A DNA stretch of 63,887 nucleotides, filler included, from Lama guanicoe (GCA_013239625.1; 183 parts of 183 records of this genome joined end to end with filler, not necessarily neighbours in it); one strand, 5' to 3'; counted from the whole stretch's first letter, positions 13,612 to 25,744 are shown. The notes: generated by a model from the sequence alone, not told the origin. Program-made: numbers and translations.

Positions 13612-13860
13612 TGTCTTCCTCATCAACAAGGACTAGATTCAAAAAGTACCTTACTGAAAATTTTTTGTTCACATCTCTCATTGTTGGAGTTGGGTCATAT
13701 CCCTCTAAAAACAGTCCTATTGGAATTGATTCACCTTCTACTGGTGCACCATCCATTATTTCATATTCAGCGATTGTTTCGATTTCTGTTGTGGTACTGG
13801 GTCCAATTCCCATGATCTCTTTTTTAATCAGTTGTAACTCCATATGTTGGATTTTTATTC
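13612..13860 (-). pseudogene. VPS26A: VPS26A (retromer subunit) copy, probably a processed pseudogene; partial
   Basis: The frame is open across the contig: RIKIQHMELQLIKKEIMGIGPSTTTEIETIAEYEIMDGAPVEGESIPIGLFLEGYDPTPTMRDVNKKFSVRYFLNLVLVDEED. It matches recalled mammalian VPS26A with about 6 substitutions, and there is no intron in 249 bp. Confidence 0.85.
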
Positions 13861-16752
13861 NNNNNNNNNNNNNNNNNNNNNNNNNNNNNNNNNNNNNNNN
13901 NNNNTTAATTAATTAANNNNNNNNNNNNNNNNNNNNNNNNNNNNNNNNNNNNNNNNNNNNCCATAAAGCGCATATAAATCTGGGTTTTATTTTAATGTTG
14001 GGATGGGCAGACTTGCAAGTTAAATATATATTAGGGAGTCAGGCAAGACTTCTCTGAGGAAGTTTTATTTAAGCTGAAACCTGAAAGATAGGGAGTAACC
14101 AAATCAAGTAGACAGAAAATGTATGTCACGATAATAAATAGAATGCAGGGGATTCTAGGCGTTGGAAAGGATTTAGAGGATTAAAGTCTGCCATAAAGGC
14201 CTATGTGATNNNNNNNNNNNNNNNNNNNNNNNNNNNNNNNNNNNNNNNNNNNNTTAATTAATTAANNNNNNNNNNNNNNNNNNNNNNNNNNNNNNNNNNN
14301 NNNNNNNNNGTCACAAAGAACGGCTATAACCAGGATCAGCAGTAGGTTTGGTCTTATAGTCATGGAAAGACTCAAAAAAAGATTTACAGGCAAAAAATCC
14401 ATACCAAAGCCTCTTCATTCATTTACTGATGTTAACAGCCCCATCGAGTCAAGGCAGAGCCAAGGCCTGGTTTGGTGCTGGTAACTGAAGTCCTCCCTTA
14501 GGTCCAGAAGCCTCCACCCGGGCCCTCACAGGCTGCCACACCGCGGGCGAGCATGCCTNNNNNNNNNNNNNNNNNNNNNNNNNNNNNNNNNNNNNNNNNN
14601 NNTTAATTAATTAANNNNNNNNNNNNNNNNNNNNNNNNNNNNNNNNNNNNNNNNNNNNACATCTTGCCCCTAAGAGTTATAGAACGAAATGCATCCCAGG
14701 GACAACTCAGTCCTGAAGCAGAAGAGAAAGGTGGGGGGAATGCCCCATCCTACACCGAGCATCATAGTGGTTCTAGAAATAATTACAGAATGTTACCAGT
14801 TGAGACTTAAAGAAACAAGCCTTTGGAACTGAAGAATGAACTCCAAAGAGACCAGTGAAAATGTGAACATGGATTTATGATAAAGTTAGTGTTTTTTGGG
14901 GAGACAGNNNNNNNNNNNNNNNNNNNNNNNNNNNNNNNNNNNNNNNNNNNNTTAATTAATTAANNNNNNNNNNNNNNNNNNNNNNNNNNNNNNNNNNNNN
15001 NNNNNNNACCAGTAGGGGATACTCTGTTATTATCCAAATTTTACTGATGAGCTTAGATAACTTGCTCAATGTCACAGATTGTAAATAATAAAACTGTAAT
15101 TCAAACTCAGACAGTACATCTCCCCCGTCTGTTCTCTGAGCTGTTAAGCTCTCCTTCTCTCACCATACCACACGAGGGATGGTCATTAATGCAATTTTTA
15201 ATACTATTTTATGTTAGTATAGCATAATTGTAAATTTACAGAAAGCAATCACAACANNNNNNNNNNNNNNNNNNNNNNNNNNNNNNNNNNNNNNNNNNNN
15301 TTAATTAATTAANNNNNNNNNNNNNNNNNNNNNNNNNNNNNNNNNNNNNNNNNNNNGAAGGGGCTGAATTACTGCTGCTCCTGATCTGGGGGATGTTGGG
15401 GTCTTGACCCACCCTGATTGATTGTCTCCTCCTTCCAACCCATCGTCTTCCTGTCTTAGGAAAGCGTGGCACTAGAAGTAACTAGCTTCTATTCTCCTCA
15501 AATACTGTTCGAGTACTTCCTAGAATTCTCTGGTGTTGATTTTCAGATCAGCGCGCTCCATTCTAAGGATTATACGTCCTTTTGTCGCTCAGATTTAATC
15601 AATTANNNNNNNNNNNNNNNNNNNNNNNNNNNNNNNNNNNNNNNNNNNNTTAATTAATTAANNNNNNNNNNNNNNNNNNNNNNNNNNNNNNNNNNNNNNN
15701 NNNNNCCCCTGGGGGAGGCCCCTTTGCCTCCCTCCTGGGCCCTTTCACTCAGTCTAAGGCCTGTGTTAAACTCGGCTCCGGGAGGTCCTTTCAGGGCCCA
15801 ACTTACTGCTAAGTGCTCAGCACTCGCTAGGGCCTATGCCCGACTCCTCTGGGCAACGCACCCAAAAATGGAAGACTGCACCCCCATGCCCCGCAGAAGA
15901 CCGAATGTGCCCCCTGGAAAGGGTTCCCAAACCGAATCCCCCCGTCCCAGTCAGNNNNNNNNNNNNNNNNNNNNNNNNNNNNNNNNNNNNNNNNNNNNTT
16001 AATTAATTAANNNNNNNNNNNNNNNNNNNNNNNNNNNNNNNNNNNNNNNNNNNNTGCATTGGGAGGTTCAACGATGTTCCCAGGGTTCCCCAGACAGCGA
16101 TGAGTGGGTCAAGATTCCACACAGGGGACTGACCTCAGAGCCTGACCATTCAGTCCCCGCCTTGCCCCGCCCCGCCTCACCCTTCCACCTTCCTGTCTCC
16201 CCCACCCCAGGCCCCTGAGACCCTCCTGTCACCCTCCTCTCTTCTGTATCCTATATCAATAAAATATTCCTTATGGTCCACTTTGGCTTCTAGATCTCTG
16301 CACNNNNNNNNNNNNNNNNNNNNNNNNNNNNNNNNNNNNNNNNNNNNTTAATTAATTAANNNNNNNNNNNNNNNNNNNNNNNNNNNNNNNNNNNNNNNNN
16401 NNNATAACAAAATAGCTCATTTAGGTGGTTTGTACAGAAAAGAAGTCTCCCCGGCGGTAAATTCAAGCCTGCAAGTCTAAAGAAACAGAAACTGCTCACG
16501 GCTTTTAACCGTCACGTGCATGCACACGCGGTGGGTTGTGGTGGTTGCTGCTGGCTGTTTTCTTCATCTTTCGCCCACGAGGTCTTTGAAACACCAGTGA
16601 TGTGATTCAGCGTCAGCTCTCATCCCTCTGAATGACTTCACCAGCTCCACCCNNNNNNNNNNNNNNNNNNNNNNNNNNNNNNNNNNNNNNNNNNNNTTAA
16701 TTAATTAANNNNNNNNNNNNNNNNNNNNNNNNNNNNNNNNNNNNNNNNNNNN

Positions 16753-17001
16753 TAGGGATGAATCTCAAAAATCTTACACTGAGTGAAAGAGGCCAGACAC
16801 AAGAGACTTCACATTGTATGACTCCATTTATAGGAATGGTGCAGAAAAGGCAAATTTATAGACAGGAAACAGACCAGTGGCTGCTGGGGCTGGGAACAAG
16901 GGGTAATTATAAATCGGAGATCTTATTGGGGGAGTGAATGTTCTCTAAAACTGATTTATGGTGATGGGTGCACCACTCAGTAAAGTTACTAAAAAAAAAA
17001 A
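16753..17001 (+). mobile_element. Old LINE-1 (L1M-type) 3' fragment
   Basis: GGATGAATCTCAAAAATCTTACACTGAGTGAAAGAGGCCAGACACAAG...TGTATGACTCCATTTATA...GGTGATGGGTGCACCACTCAGTAAA. Confidence 0.8.
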
Positions 17002-18848
17002 NNNNNNNNNNNNNNNNNNNNNNNNNNNNNNNNNNNNNNNNNNNNTTAATTAATTAANNNNNNNNNNNNNNNNNNNNNNNNNNNNNNNNNNNNNNNNNNN
17101 NAAGAGCTAGTAGCAGTGGCGGCTCAGAGGGCACCATCCTGTAGCTGTATAACTGTTCACTTTTGGAATCCAAAGGAAGGTGTGAACTGTTTAATGTGAA
17201 AGGACAAGGGAGGAAGAGGCATTTTAGTAAAGTACCTAGATAAACGAGTGTGCAGAATAAATGCCAGGAAAATAGCCTACATCTAACTTATCCCACCAGT
17301 ACCCCCATCCTGAAGCAATTACCTTTCCAAGTGATACGTTTTTAATTCCTNNNNNNNNNNNNNNNNNNNNNNNNNNNNNNNNNNNNNNNNNNNNTTAATT
17401 AATTAANNNNNNNNNNNNNNNNNNNNNNNNNNNNNNNNNNNNNNNNNNNNCTGCAAATATTTAAATTAAATCATCATGGACTGTGGACCCAGCAATAAAG
17501 TATACTGTTTAATAATAATTTCCCATTTTAAAACCTGTTATAAAATACATTTATTCCATTTATTTTTGTAATGTTGAGAGGGAGACAAAATGATTGTCCC
17601 CGTCTTACATCCATACAAAAATTGAAAGGTTATGAGTGGATTAAACCAAGGCCATCTGATTGCTGAGTGGTAGACAGGGAATCTAAGACTCAGGGCTTCN
17701 NNNNNNNNNNNNNNNNNNNNNNNNNNNNNNNNNNNNNNNNNNNTTAATTAATTAANNNNNNNNNNNNNNNNNNNNNNNNNNNNNNNNNNNNNNNNNNNNT
17801 TGTACTTAATATAACTGATATTATACAACATGGATACTGGTAGCTAGCTCCTTTCACTCATGTCTATGAGATTCATACATGCTGTTATATATAATTTTAT
17901 TGTTTTCCAAAATAAAAAAAAATACAATCATATTCCAAAATTCCACTTTGGAAACACACCACAATGTATTTATTCTTTCTATTGATGGGCTGTTGGGCTA
18001 TTTCCAGTTTGGAAGCTTTATGAATAAAGCTGCTAATTACACTCCTGCNNNNNNNNNNNNNNNNNNNNNNNNNNNNNNNNNNNNNNNNNNNNTTAATTAA
18101 TTAANNNNNNNNNNNNNNNNNNNNNNNNNNNNNNNNNNNNNNNNNNNNCCATTCATTCCAAACAAGAATCCTATAAGATAGAATGCTGTTATCACCCTCA
18201 GTATCCAGATGAGAAAAACCAAGATTAGGAGAGACTAAGCAACGCGTCCAGCGTCACATGTTGGATCTGCACCACTCCAAGCCAGGAGCTGGCCAACCCT
18301 CTTGTAAAAGGCCTGATCATCAATTTTGTGGGCTTTGTGGGCCCTGCCATCTCTCTTTCTGTTGCAAACATTGAGCTCTTCTGTTGCATCATGAAAACNN
18401 NNNNNNNNNNNNNNNNNNNNNNNNNNNNNNNNNNNNNNNNNNTTAATTAATTAANNNNNNNNNNNNNNNNNNNNNNNNNNNNNNNNNNNNNNNNNNNNAG
18501 CCAGCCAGGAGCAGCTGCCCTCACACCAGCGGGGAGGCCCCTGGCCGGCCCACCCTGGCGCCGCCGCCGCGGCCTCTGACCCTGCGTTTGAAATTAAAAA
18601 AACAAAACAAAGAAAAACCCCGCTAAATATTATACATTGATAAGAAAAAAATGCAGAAATAAGTTGTGAGGAAAAATGGCAAACACGGAAGTTGATAATC
18701 TGCTAGTGAAGTATTGAATGCGTAAAAAATATCAGTGGGGGTTTTTAANNNNNNNNNNNNNNNNNNNNNNNNNNNNNNNNNNNNNNNNNNNNTTAATTAA
18801 TTAANNNNNNNNNNNNNNNNNNNNNNNNNNNNNNNNNNNNNNNNNNNN

Positions 18849-19097
18849 GTCTGGGGAGCGGTTTGGGCCAGTGGTCGCGGGGGCGTGGCCTGGGGCGAGG
18901 GTTGGGCCAGTGGTCGCGGGGGCCTGGCCTGGGAAGCGGTTTTTGCCAGTGGTCACGGGGGCCTGGTCTGTAGAGCGGTTTGGGCCAGTGGTAGCGGGGG
19001 CCTGGTTTGGCAAGTGGTCGCAGGGGCCTGGCCTGGGGAGCGGTTTTGACCAGTGGTCGCGGGGGCCTGGCCTGGGGCACGGTTTGGGCCAGTGGTC
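18849..19097. repeat. G-rich minisatellite, 39-bp unit (GGCCTGGGGAGCGGTTTGGGCCAGTGGTCGCGGGGGCCT)
   Basis: The CCAGTGG anchor (one CAAGTGG variant) occurs at 18868, 18907, 18946, 18985, 19011, 19050 and 19089, giving spacings of 39, 39, 39, 26, 39, 39. Confidence 0.93.
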
Positions 19098-19197
19098 NNN
19101 NNNNNNNNNNNNNNNNNNNNNNNNNNNNNNNNNNNNNNNNNTTAATTAATTAANNNNNNNNNNNNNNNNNNNNNNNNNNNNNNNNNNNNNNNNNNNN

Positions 19198-19207
19198 TGT
19201 GACTTCA
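19198..19207 (+). promoter_or_regulatory. CRE-like element (TGTGACTTCA) upstream of the TRAV leader
   Basis: TGACTTCA, one mismatch from TGACGTCA, lies about 55 bp upstream of the ATG. CRE-like motifs are known in TCR V promoters. Confidence 0.4.
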
Positions 19208-19258
19208 ACATTTCTTCAGGGTAGTTGTCAGGCACGTTATTCAGGCAACATTGTAGAG

Positions 19259-19447
19259 ATGAACTCTTCTCCAGGCTTAGTGACTGTGGTGCTCTTAATG
19301 CTTGGTAAGTAAGATGCCTCTAACAATGTGTATTGTTTCTTCTGCTTCATCAGGAATAATTTTAACCATAATTTTATCTGAGAGCTATATGCCTAAGAGG
19401 ACATGAACTGTTTTATTCTTGCCCAGGACGAACCCGTGGAGACTCAG
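19259..19447 (+). CDS. TRAV9: T-cell receptor alpha variable gene, TRAV9 subgroup: leader exon 19259-19304, intron 19305-19426, V exon start 19427-19447 (truncated by contig end)
   Basis: A 46-bp exon from ATG to CTTG|GTAAGT encodes MNSSPGLVTVVLLML-G. After a 122-bp intron ending TTTTATTCTTGCCCAG| the frame continues G-RTRGDS. Recalled human TRAV9-2 begins MNYSPGLVSLILLLLGRTRGDSV. Not in the ORF track. Confidence 0.9.
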
Positions 19448-20247
19448 NNNNNNNNNNNNNNNNNNNNNNNNNNNNNNNNNNNNNNNNNNNNTTAATTAAT
19501 TAANNNNNNNNNNNNNNNNNNNNNNNNNNNNNNNNNNNNNNNNNNNNCTTTTACAGATTACCCATGGGCAAGCGCTCGAAAAACTGTCTCCTGACACAGG
19601 AGCACGTGAAAGCACCTCTTCCGTGTCCTGTCATGGACAAAACATGGTTTCTGCCACATCCATGTGCACTGTCTACAAAATGACGGTGCAAACAGCCATC
19701 GTGCTAACGTTTCCATCCCAGGGTATCAACCTTTCTCCACTCCCCGTTGAGAAGCCAATACTCCCACTGGTGCACTAAGAAGTAAGAAAGAGGCAGCNNN
19801 NNNNNNNNNNNNNNNNNNNNNNNNNNNNNNNNNNNNNNNNNTTAATTAATTAANNNNNNNNNNNNNNNNNNNNNNNNNNNNNNNNNNNNNNNNNNNNCGG
19901 GGCTGTGCTCAGAGCTCCACACAGGTCATCCCACCCAGGTGTCCCACGCGCCTGGCAGGTGTGTGGCTGTGTTAGTGTCCGCACTGTCCCAACGGGTAAA
20001 CGAGGCCCAGAAGTGGGGGAGGAGAGCACTGAGTACCTGTCCCCGGTTTTCAGTAGCTGGTGGCTGCAGAGCCCAGGCCACCTGACGTCGGAGCACGTGC
20101 CGCCTCCCACACCCAGAGCCCTCTCACACACCTGCGCCTGCAGGCCGNNNNNNNNNNNNNNNNNNNNNNNNNNNNNNNNNNNNNNNNNNNNTTAATTAAT
20201 TAANNNNNNNNNNNNNNNNNNNNNNNNNNNNNNNNNNNNNNNNNNNN

Positions 20248-20497
20248 CAAAAGTTTGTTCTTGGAAAAGATCAACAAAATTGACCGAAATTTAGCTTGGC
20301 TGACCGAGGGAAAAAGTAGAGAAGATTCAAATTACTAAAATCAGGAATGAGAGACGAGACATTACTATTAATCTTACAGGAATAGTAAGAATCGAAAGGA
20401 AATACTTTCAAAACCACAATGAGGTGCCAGTTCACACCTACCAGGGTGACAATAACCAAACAGTTGGGCAATACCACGCACTGGCCAGGATGTGGAG
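20248..20497 (+). mobile_element. LINE-1 ORF2 pieces joined by an internal jump near 20410
   Basis: AAAAGTTTGTTCTTGGAAAAGATCAACAAAATTGAC (early ORF2) is followed by CAAAACCACAATGAGGTGCCAGTTCACACCTACCAGG (late ORF2). Confidence 0.75.
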
Positions 20498-22344
20498 NNN
20501 NNNNNNNNNNNNNNNNNNNNNNNNNNNNNNNNNNNNNNNNNTTAATTAATTAANNNNNNNNNNNNNNNNNNNNNNNNNNNNNNNNNNNNNNNNNNNNTTG
20601 CTGTGAGTTGGGCCGAAGGACCTTGGTTTGGTAACAGGTTTGGGAGTGGCCAGCAGGCAGGTGCAGGGGCCTGTTCCCGGGGGTCGTGGCCGGGGTGGGG
20701 GTCCCTGAGAGACCCGGGCCAGGCCCCCTGTTCCAGCGCCCCTGCTGGCCTCCGGAGCTTGGGTTTCTTTCCTGGAGGACAGTCGCCCCCCGGTTCGCGT
20801 TAGGAGGCCGCCGTCTGGGTGAGCGGCCTCGTTCAGGAGAGCCCCGTNNNNNNNNNNNNNNNNNNNNNNNNNNNNNNNNNNNNNNNNNNNNTTAATTAAT
20901 TAANNNNNNNNNNNNNNNNNNNNNNNNNNNNNNNNNNNNNNNNNNNNAAAGACATCCTTCAGCTAGCTTGTTTTGAACACAAAGTTTCTTGCCAGTGTCT
21001 AAAATCACTACATACATATGTATGGGGAGGTTCTAGCCCCAAAACTAATTCACAGTTAAAACTTCAGTAAATTCATACTGGCAGTAGGAAACTAACTGGG
21101 AAAGCAGAGTAAGGGTGACTCAAGCAATCCGTAACCTCTGTGCTAGATGAACTAATGTCTCTCCACATGCTCAGTTCTGAGAGATAAGTGTGTGNNNNNN
21201 NNNNNNNNNNNNNNNNNNNNNNNNNNNNNNNNNNNNNNTTAATTAATTAANNNNNNNNNNNNNNNNNNNNNNNNNNNNNNNNNNNNNNNNNNNNTGGAGC
21301 CAACCTAATAAGGATTTCTAATTAAAATGGAAAAACAGCAGCAAACCCAAAGCACAACGACTCAAAGCAACGCTGACGACGCATTAATGACGAAGCATCA
21401 GCCCCGAAAATTCCACGTGCTTATTTGCGCAGGAAGTGGGAGAGAAGCAGTACTGCCAGGCAGAATCCTCAGTAAACTCTTACATGGGGTGGATTTGAGT
21501 TTAAGAACTCCAAATTTAGAAACACATTTCATGGGTAACTCTTANNNNNNNNNNNNNNNNNNNNNNNNNNNNNNNNNNNNNNNNNNNNTTAATTAATTAA
21601 NNNNNNNNNNNNNNNNNNNNNNNNNNNNNNNNNNNNNNNNNNNNCCACATGCAAATGAGGTGTTAGAAATGGGCTAATCAGGAGTGAGCTTTTGGGAAGC
21701 AATGGAATTTTAGGGGTAATTTTCATTTTCCTAGAAGCAAGCCGTTTTACAGAAGCGCAAAAGCAGGAAGGCAACGGCCCCACATGGGAGGTCTTGCTGG
21801 CCCCTTTGTGGGTTTTGCCCCTTCAGCCTTTAAAATTGTAAATCACTACATTGTACACCTGTAACTTATATAATACTGTAGAGAAACTATACTTNNNNNN
21901 NNNNNNNNNNNNNNNNNNNNNNNNNNNNNNNNNNNNNNTTAATTAATTAANNNNNNNNNNNNNNNNNNNNNNNNNNNNNNNNNNNNNNNNNNNNCCAGGC
22001 CCCCAGACGTGCTGGGTCGGAGGGATGACAGGGAGGCAGCCAGTGGTGCCCGGTCAGGGGATGACAGACACAGATGCAGAAACCGGAGAGGTCAGGGCTG
22101 GGTCAGGGCCAGTGCCTCCGAGGGGCTCTCGGAGGCAAGAAGGAAGAGGGAAGCTCCGTGGCCCCCAGTGTGGACGGTGCAGGGAGAGGAGGACAGGCCC
22201 CCACACCTGCACGCTCTTCCCGGGCTCGAGGCAGAGGGGCCGTCNNNNNNNNNNNNNNNNNNNNNNNNNNNNNNNNNNNNNNNNNNNNTTAATTAATTAA
22301 NNNNNNNNNNNNNNNNNNNNNNNNNNNNNNNNNNNNNNNNNNNN

Positions 22345-22552
22345 TTTATTTAACCCAGTGTATCTAAAATATTATGATTTCAACTAATCAATACAAAATT
22401 ATTAAGATAGTTTACATTCTTTTTTCCTCTAAGCTTTCAAAGTCTGTTCATGGCTTACACTGTCAGCACTTCTTAATTTATACTAGCCACATTTTAAGTC
22501 CTCAATAGTCTTGTGTCACTGGTGGTTACCATATTGGATAGCTGCGTCTAGA
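22345..22552. mobile_element. MER3/MER33-like hAT-Charlie DNA transposon remnant
   Basis: ACTAGCCACATTTTAAGTCCTCAATAGTC...GGTGGTTACCATATTGGATAGC ends at the TCTAGA target motif typical of Charlie MITEs. Confidence 0.75.
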
Positions 22553-23759
22553 GCATTATTTTGCCAGGAGTAGGTCCTCTATGAGGACTGGAAGNNNNNN
22601 NNNNNNNNNNNNNNNNNNNNNNNNNNNNNNNNNNNNNNTTAATTAATTAANNNNNNNNNNNNNNNNNNNNNNNNNNNNNNNNNNNNNNNNNNNNGTCCGG
22701 GTCCGCAGTCCCCGCCCGCCGGGACACAGCCCTCCCAGGGGCGTGAACGGGCCTGCGGCCGAGTAGAGAATGCCGTGGAGGAGAGGACTCGCGGGTGGGA
22801 GATAGGAAGGGGACGCCAGCTGCGGACAGAGGGGATCCCGGCTGGGTGAGTGGTAGCAGGTGCACACCTGGCCCTGGACAGCTGTGGCCTGGGCTCCGGG
22901 GCAGGTGGCGCTGTGAGAGGGGCTGGCCTGGGCAATTCAGCTGANNNNNNNNNNNNNNNNNNNNNNNNNNNNNNNNNNNNNNNNNNNNTTAATTAATTAA
23001 NNNNNNNNNNNNNNNNNNNNNNNNNNNNNNNNNNNNNNNNNNNNTTTATTCATGTTAACTCCAAATCTTTTTTCTGAGACTAACACTAAGCGTGCATTAA
23101 AGGAGTTCCTGTAAGTAAAAGGCATATTAATATACCTTAATTACCCTATACGGAATAGCCTCACAAAAAGAAAAAGCAATACTGATTTCAGTAGTCAAAA
23201 ATAAAAGCAAACAAAGACTTTTCTTTTGAAGCATCTTACTGGAAGCTGACCAGAGTATATATAAGATCAGGCAGAGGAGTCATGGTGCTTACCCNNNNNN
23301 NNNNNNNNNNNNNNNNNNNNNNNNNNNNNNNNNNNNNNTTAATTAATTAANNNNNNNNNNNNNNNNNNNNNNNNNNNNNNNNNNNNNNNNNNNNAAAATA
23401 AATGTCTGGCAGCTGAGCCAGGGGAGCCCACACTGTAGATCACAGGAGGAAAAACACGAGTTATTCGGACAAGAACTCCTGATGCCGGACAACGCGGAGC
23501 GAGAGACTCAAACCCATTCTTACGGAAAGAAAACGTAAACCGAAGATCCTCCGTCCGGTGAGGCTGACTTTCAGTCACAAAGGGCACCAAGCGTCGTCGC
23601 GATGCGGGAACTCGTGGGGTGTTTCTCTCGTGAGGCCTTTCTGANNNNNNNNNNNNNNNNNNNNNNNNNNNNNNNNNNNNNNNNNNNNTTAATTAATTAA
23701 NNNNNNNNNNNNNNNNNNNNNNNNNNNNNNNNNNNNNNNNNNNNGAGACTTGGTGGAGA

Positions 23760-23932
23760 GCACTGCTCCTTAAAGGGCATTGTGCCAGAGGATTACCTGG
23801 GGTCTTGTGAAAACACAGACTCTGATTCATCAGCTCTTTGGGCAGGAGCCCTAGAGTCTGCATTTCTACGGTGCTTCCATGTGGTGCTGATGTTGCTGAT
23901 TCATGGACATCCTTCAGTTAGCGAGGGTCTAG
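23760..23932. mobile_element. MER5-like hAT DNA transposon remnant
   Basis: TTACCTGGGGTCTTGTGAAAACACAGACTCTGATTCA...AGTCTGCATTTCTAC...GGTGCTGATGTTGCTG. Confidence 0.65.
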
Positions 23933-24794
23933 AGAACTACCTCCATCATTGACTAACCTGTGACCAAAGTAAGTGACTTGAACTCTGCGAGTGTNNNNNN
24001 NNNNNNNNNNNNNNNNNNNNNNNNNNNNNNNNNNNNNNTTAATTAATTAANNNNNNNNNNNNNNNNNNNNNNNNNNNNNNNNNNNNNNNNNNNNCCCTTA
24101 AAATGCTTTCTTCTCTTACACATTGAACGTCTTTAAGGTCACTTCAAACACAAACAATTAAAAAGCTTATATTTTGCAGTTTAGTCTCTGAAAGGGCTTT
24201 CTCACAGAGCGAGTTCCTTCGGATTTACTGTTTGTAACCAAAAAATAGTTTGAATTACAGCATAAGAGATGTTGACGAGGTGTCCCTGCAGTAGATGGAG
24301 AACAGGCGGCATCTGCCTTCCCTTAGAGGCTGGACCTTGGCAGTNNNNNNNNNNNNNNNNNNNNNNNNNNNNNNNNNNNNNNNNNNNNTTAATTAATTAA
24401 NNNNNNNNNNNNNNNNNNNNNNNNNNNNNNNNNNNNNNNNNNNNGCCAATCTCCAGAAATGGAGCTTTTCTTTACTAAAACCTATGGAATACAAAAAGGA
24501 ATTCCTTGCAATGTGAACTTCCATTTTTTAGCTATTTGCCAGATACAAAGAAAACATCTTACTATGATCTCATTGAGATTAGGTCTTTATTTTTTAAATC
24601 AGAAAGGACAGATTTTGCCTTTGCTCTGTGATTTTGGGGCTTGATGTGTTGAAATGTGCTCGAAGTGCAAGCAGTGGGACGCTGTCACTGTCCTNNNNNN
24701 NNNNNNNNNNNNNNNNNNNNNNNNNNNNNNNNNNNNNNTTAATTAATTAANNNNNNNNNNNNNNNNNNNNNNNNNNNNNNNNNNNNNNNNNNNN

Positions 24795-25044
24795 TTTTTT
24801 TTCAATCCAGTCTTACAATTTTGGCTTTTTGAATGGAGTATTTAATCCATTTACATGTAATGTAATTTTTGACGTGGTTGGTTACATCTACCATTTTTCT
24901 ATTTGTTTTCTACATGTCCCATATCATTTTTGTTCCTCTGTTCCTCCTTTATTGACTTCTTTAATGCTAAATAGATATTTTCTAGTTAACAATTTGCTTT
25001 TTTTTTTCAGACTTTTTACTTTTTGAGTTATTTCCTTACTGGTT
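24795..25044 (-). mobile_element. Old LINE-1 fragment (antisense, ORF1/ORF2 boundary region)
   Basis: AATCCAGTCTTACAAT...GGAGTATTTAATCCATTTACATGTAATGTAATT. Confidence 0.65.
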
Positions 25045-25529
25045 NNNNNNNNNNNNNNNNNNNNNNNNNNNNNNNNNNNNNNNNNNNNTTAATTAATTAA
25101 NNNNNNNNNNNNNNNNNNNNNNNNNNNNNNNNNNNNNNNNNNNNTAGGATAAGACTTGTACTTCAGCTTGGTTATTGTACACATTTATTTATATCATTGA
25201 TACCAGTTCCCCCAGAAATCTTCACTCCTAGTTTCATAGTAAATGACATTCAACTCCTTTTAGGACTTAATTAATTTTGTCAATATTAGATACAGAGTTT
25301 ATCTTTACATTACTCATTTTCTTTTTCTTATTGATATGCTGCAACTATTCAGAATGCTGTTCAATATCTGAAAAAAATAGATCTGTAAGAACTTNNNNNN
25401 NNNNNNNNNNNNNNNNNNNNNNNNNNNNNNNNNNNNNNTTAATTAATTAANNNNNNNNNNNNNNNNNNNNNNNNNNNNNNNNNNNNNNNNNNNNTTCATG
25501 AGCATCCCAGTGATTTAAATTGCACCTGG

Positions 25530-25744
25530 AGGAAAGCAACATACTCACAGGAGAACCTCCAGAGGGGTTCCAGCTGATATCTCGACAGCAATATTGCAGG
25601 ACAGGAAGGAGTGTCAGGACATAGACCATAACCTGAATGGGAAAAAGCTGCCATGTTGGGTAGCCTGTGCCACATGACCACAATTTCTAATAACAGCAGA
25701 GCTAGAGAATCCCACAGACCGGCAAATCTTAAAAGAATTCAGCA
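25530..25744 (+). mobile_element. Highly diverged LINE-1 ORF1 fragment
   Basis: CAGCTGATATCTCGACAGCAATATTGCAGGACAGGAAGGAGTG and CACAGACCGGCAAATCTTAAAAGAATTCAGCA resemble the ORF1 segments SADFSAETLQARREW and FTDKQKLKEFS. Confidence 0.6.

Noticed and set aside
15706..15954. Possible ERV leader/gag fragment
   Set aside because: This is a compositional impression only. No primer-binding site or Gag motif could be identified.
18793..19149. Repetitive Pro/Arg-rich proteins from overlapping ORFs
   Set aside because: These are translations of the 39-bp minisatellite on both strands, and a 26-bp unit breaks the frame.
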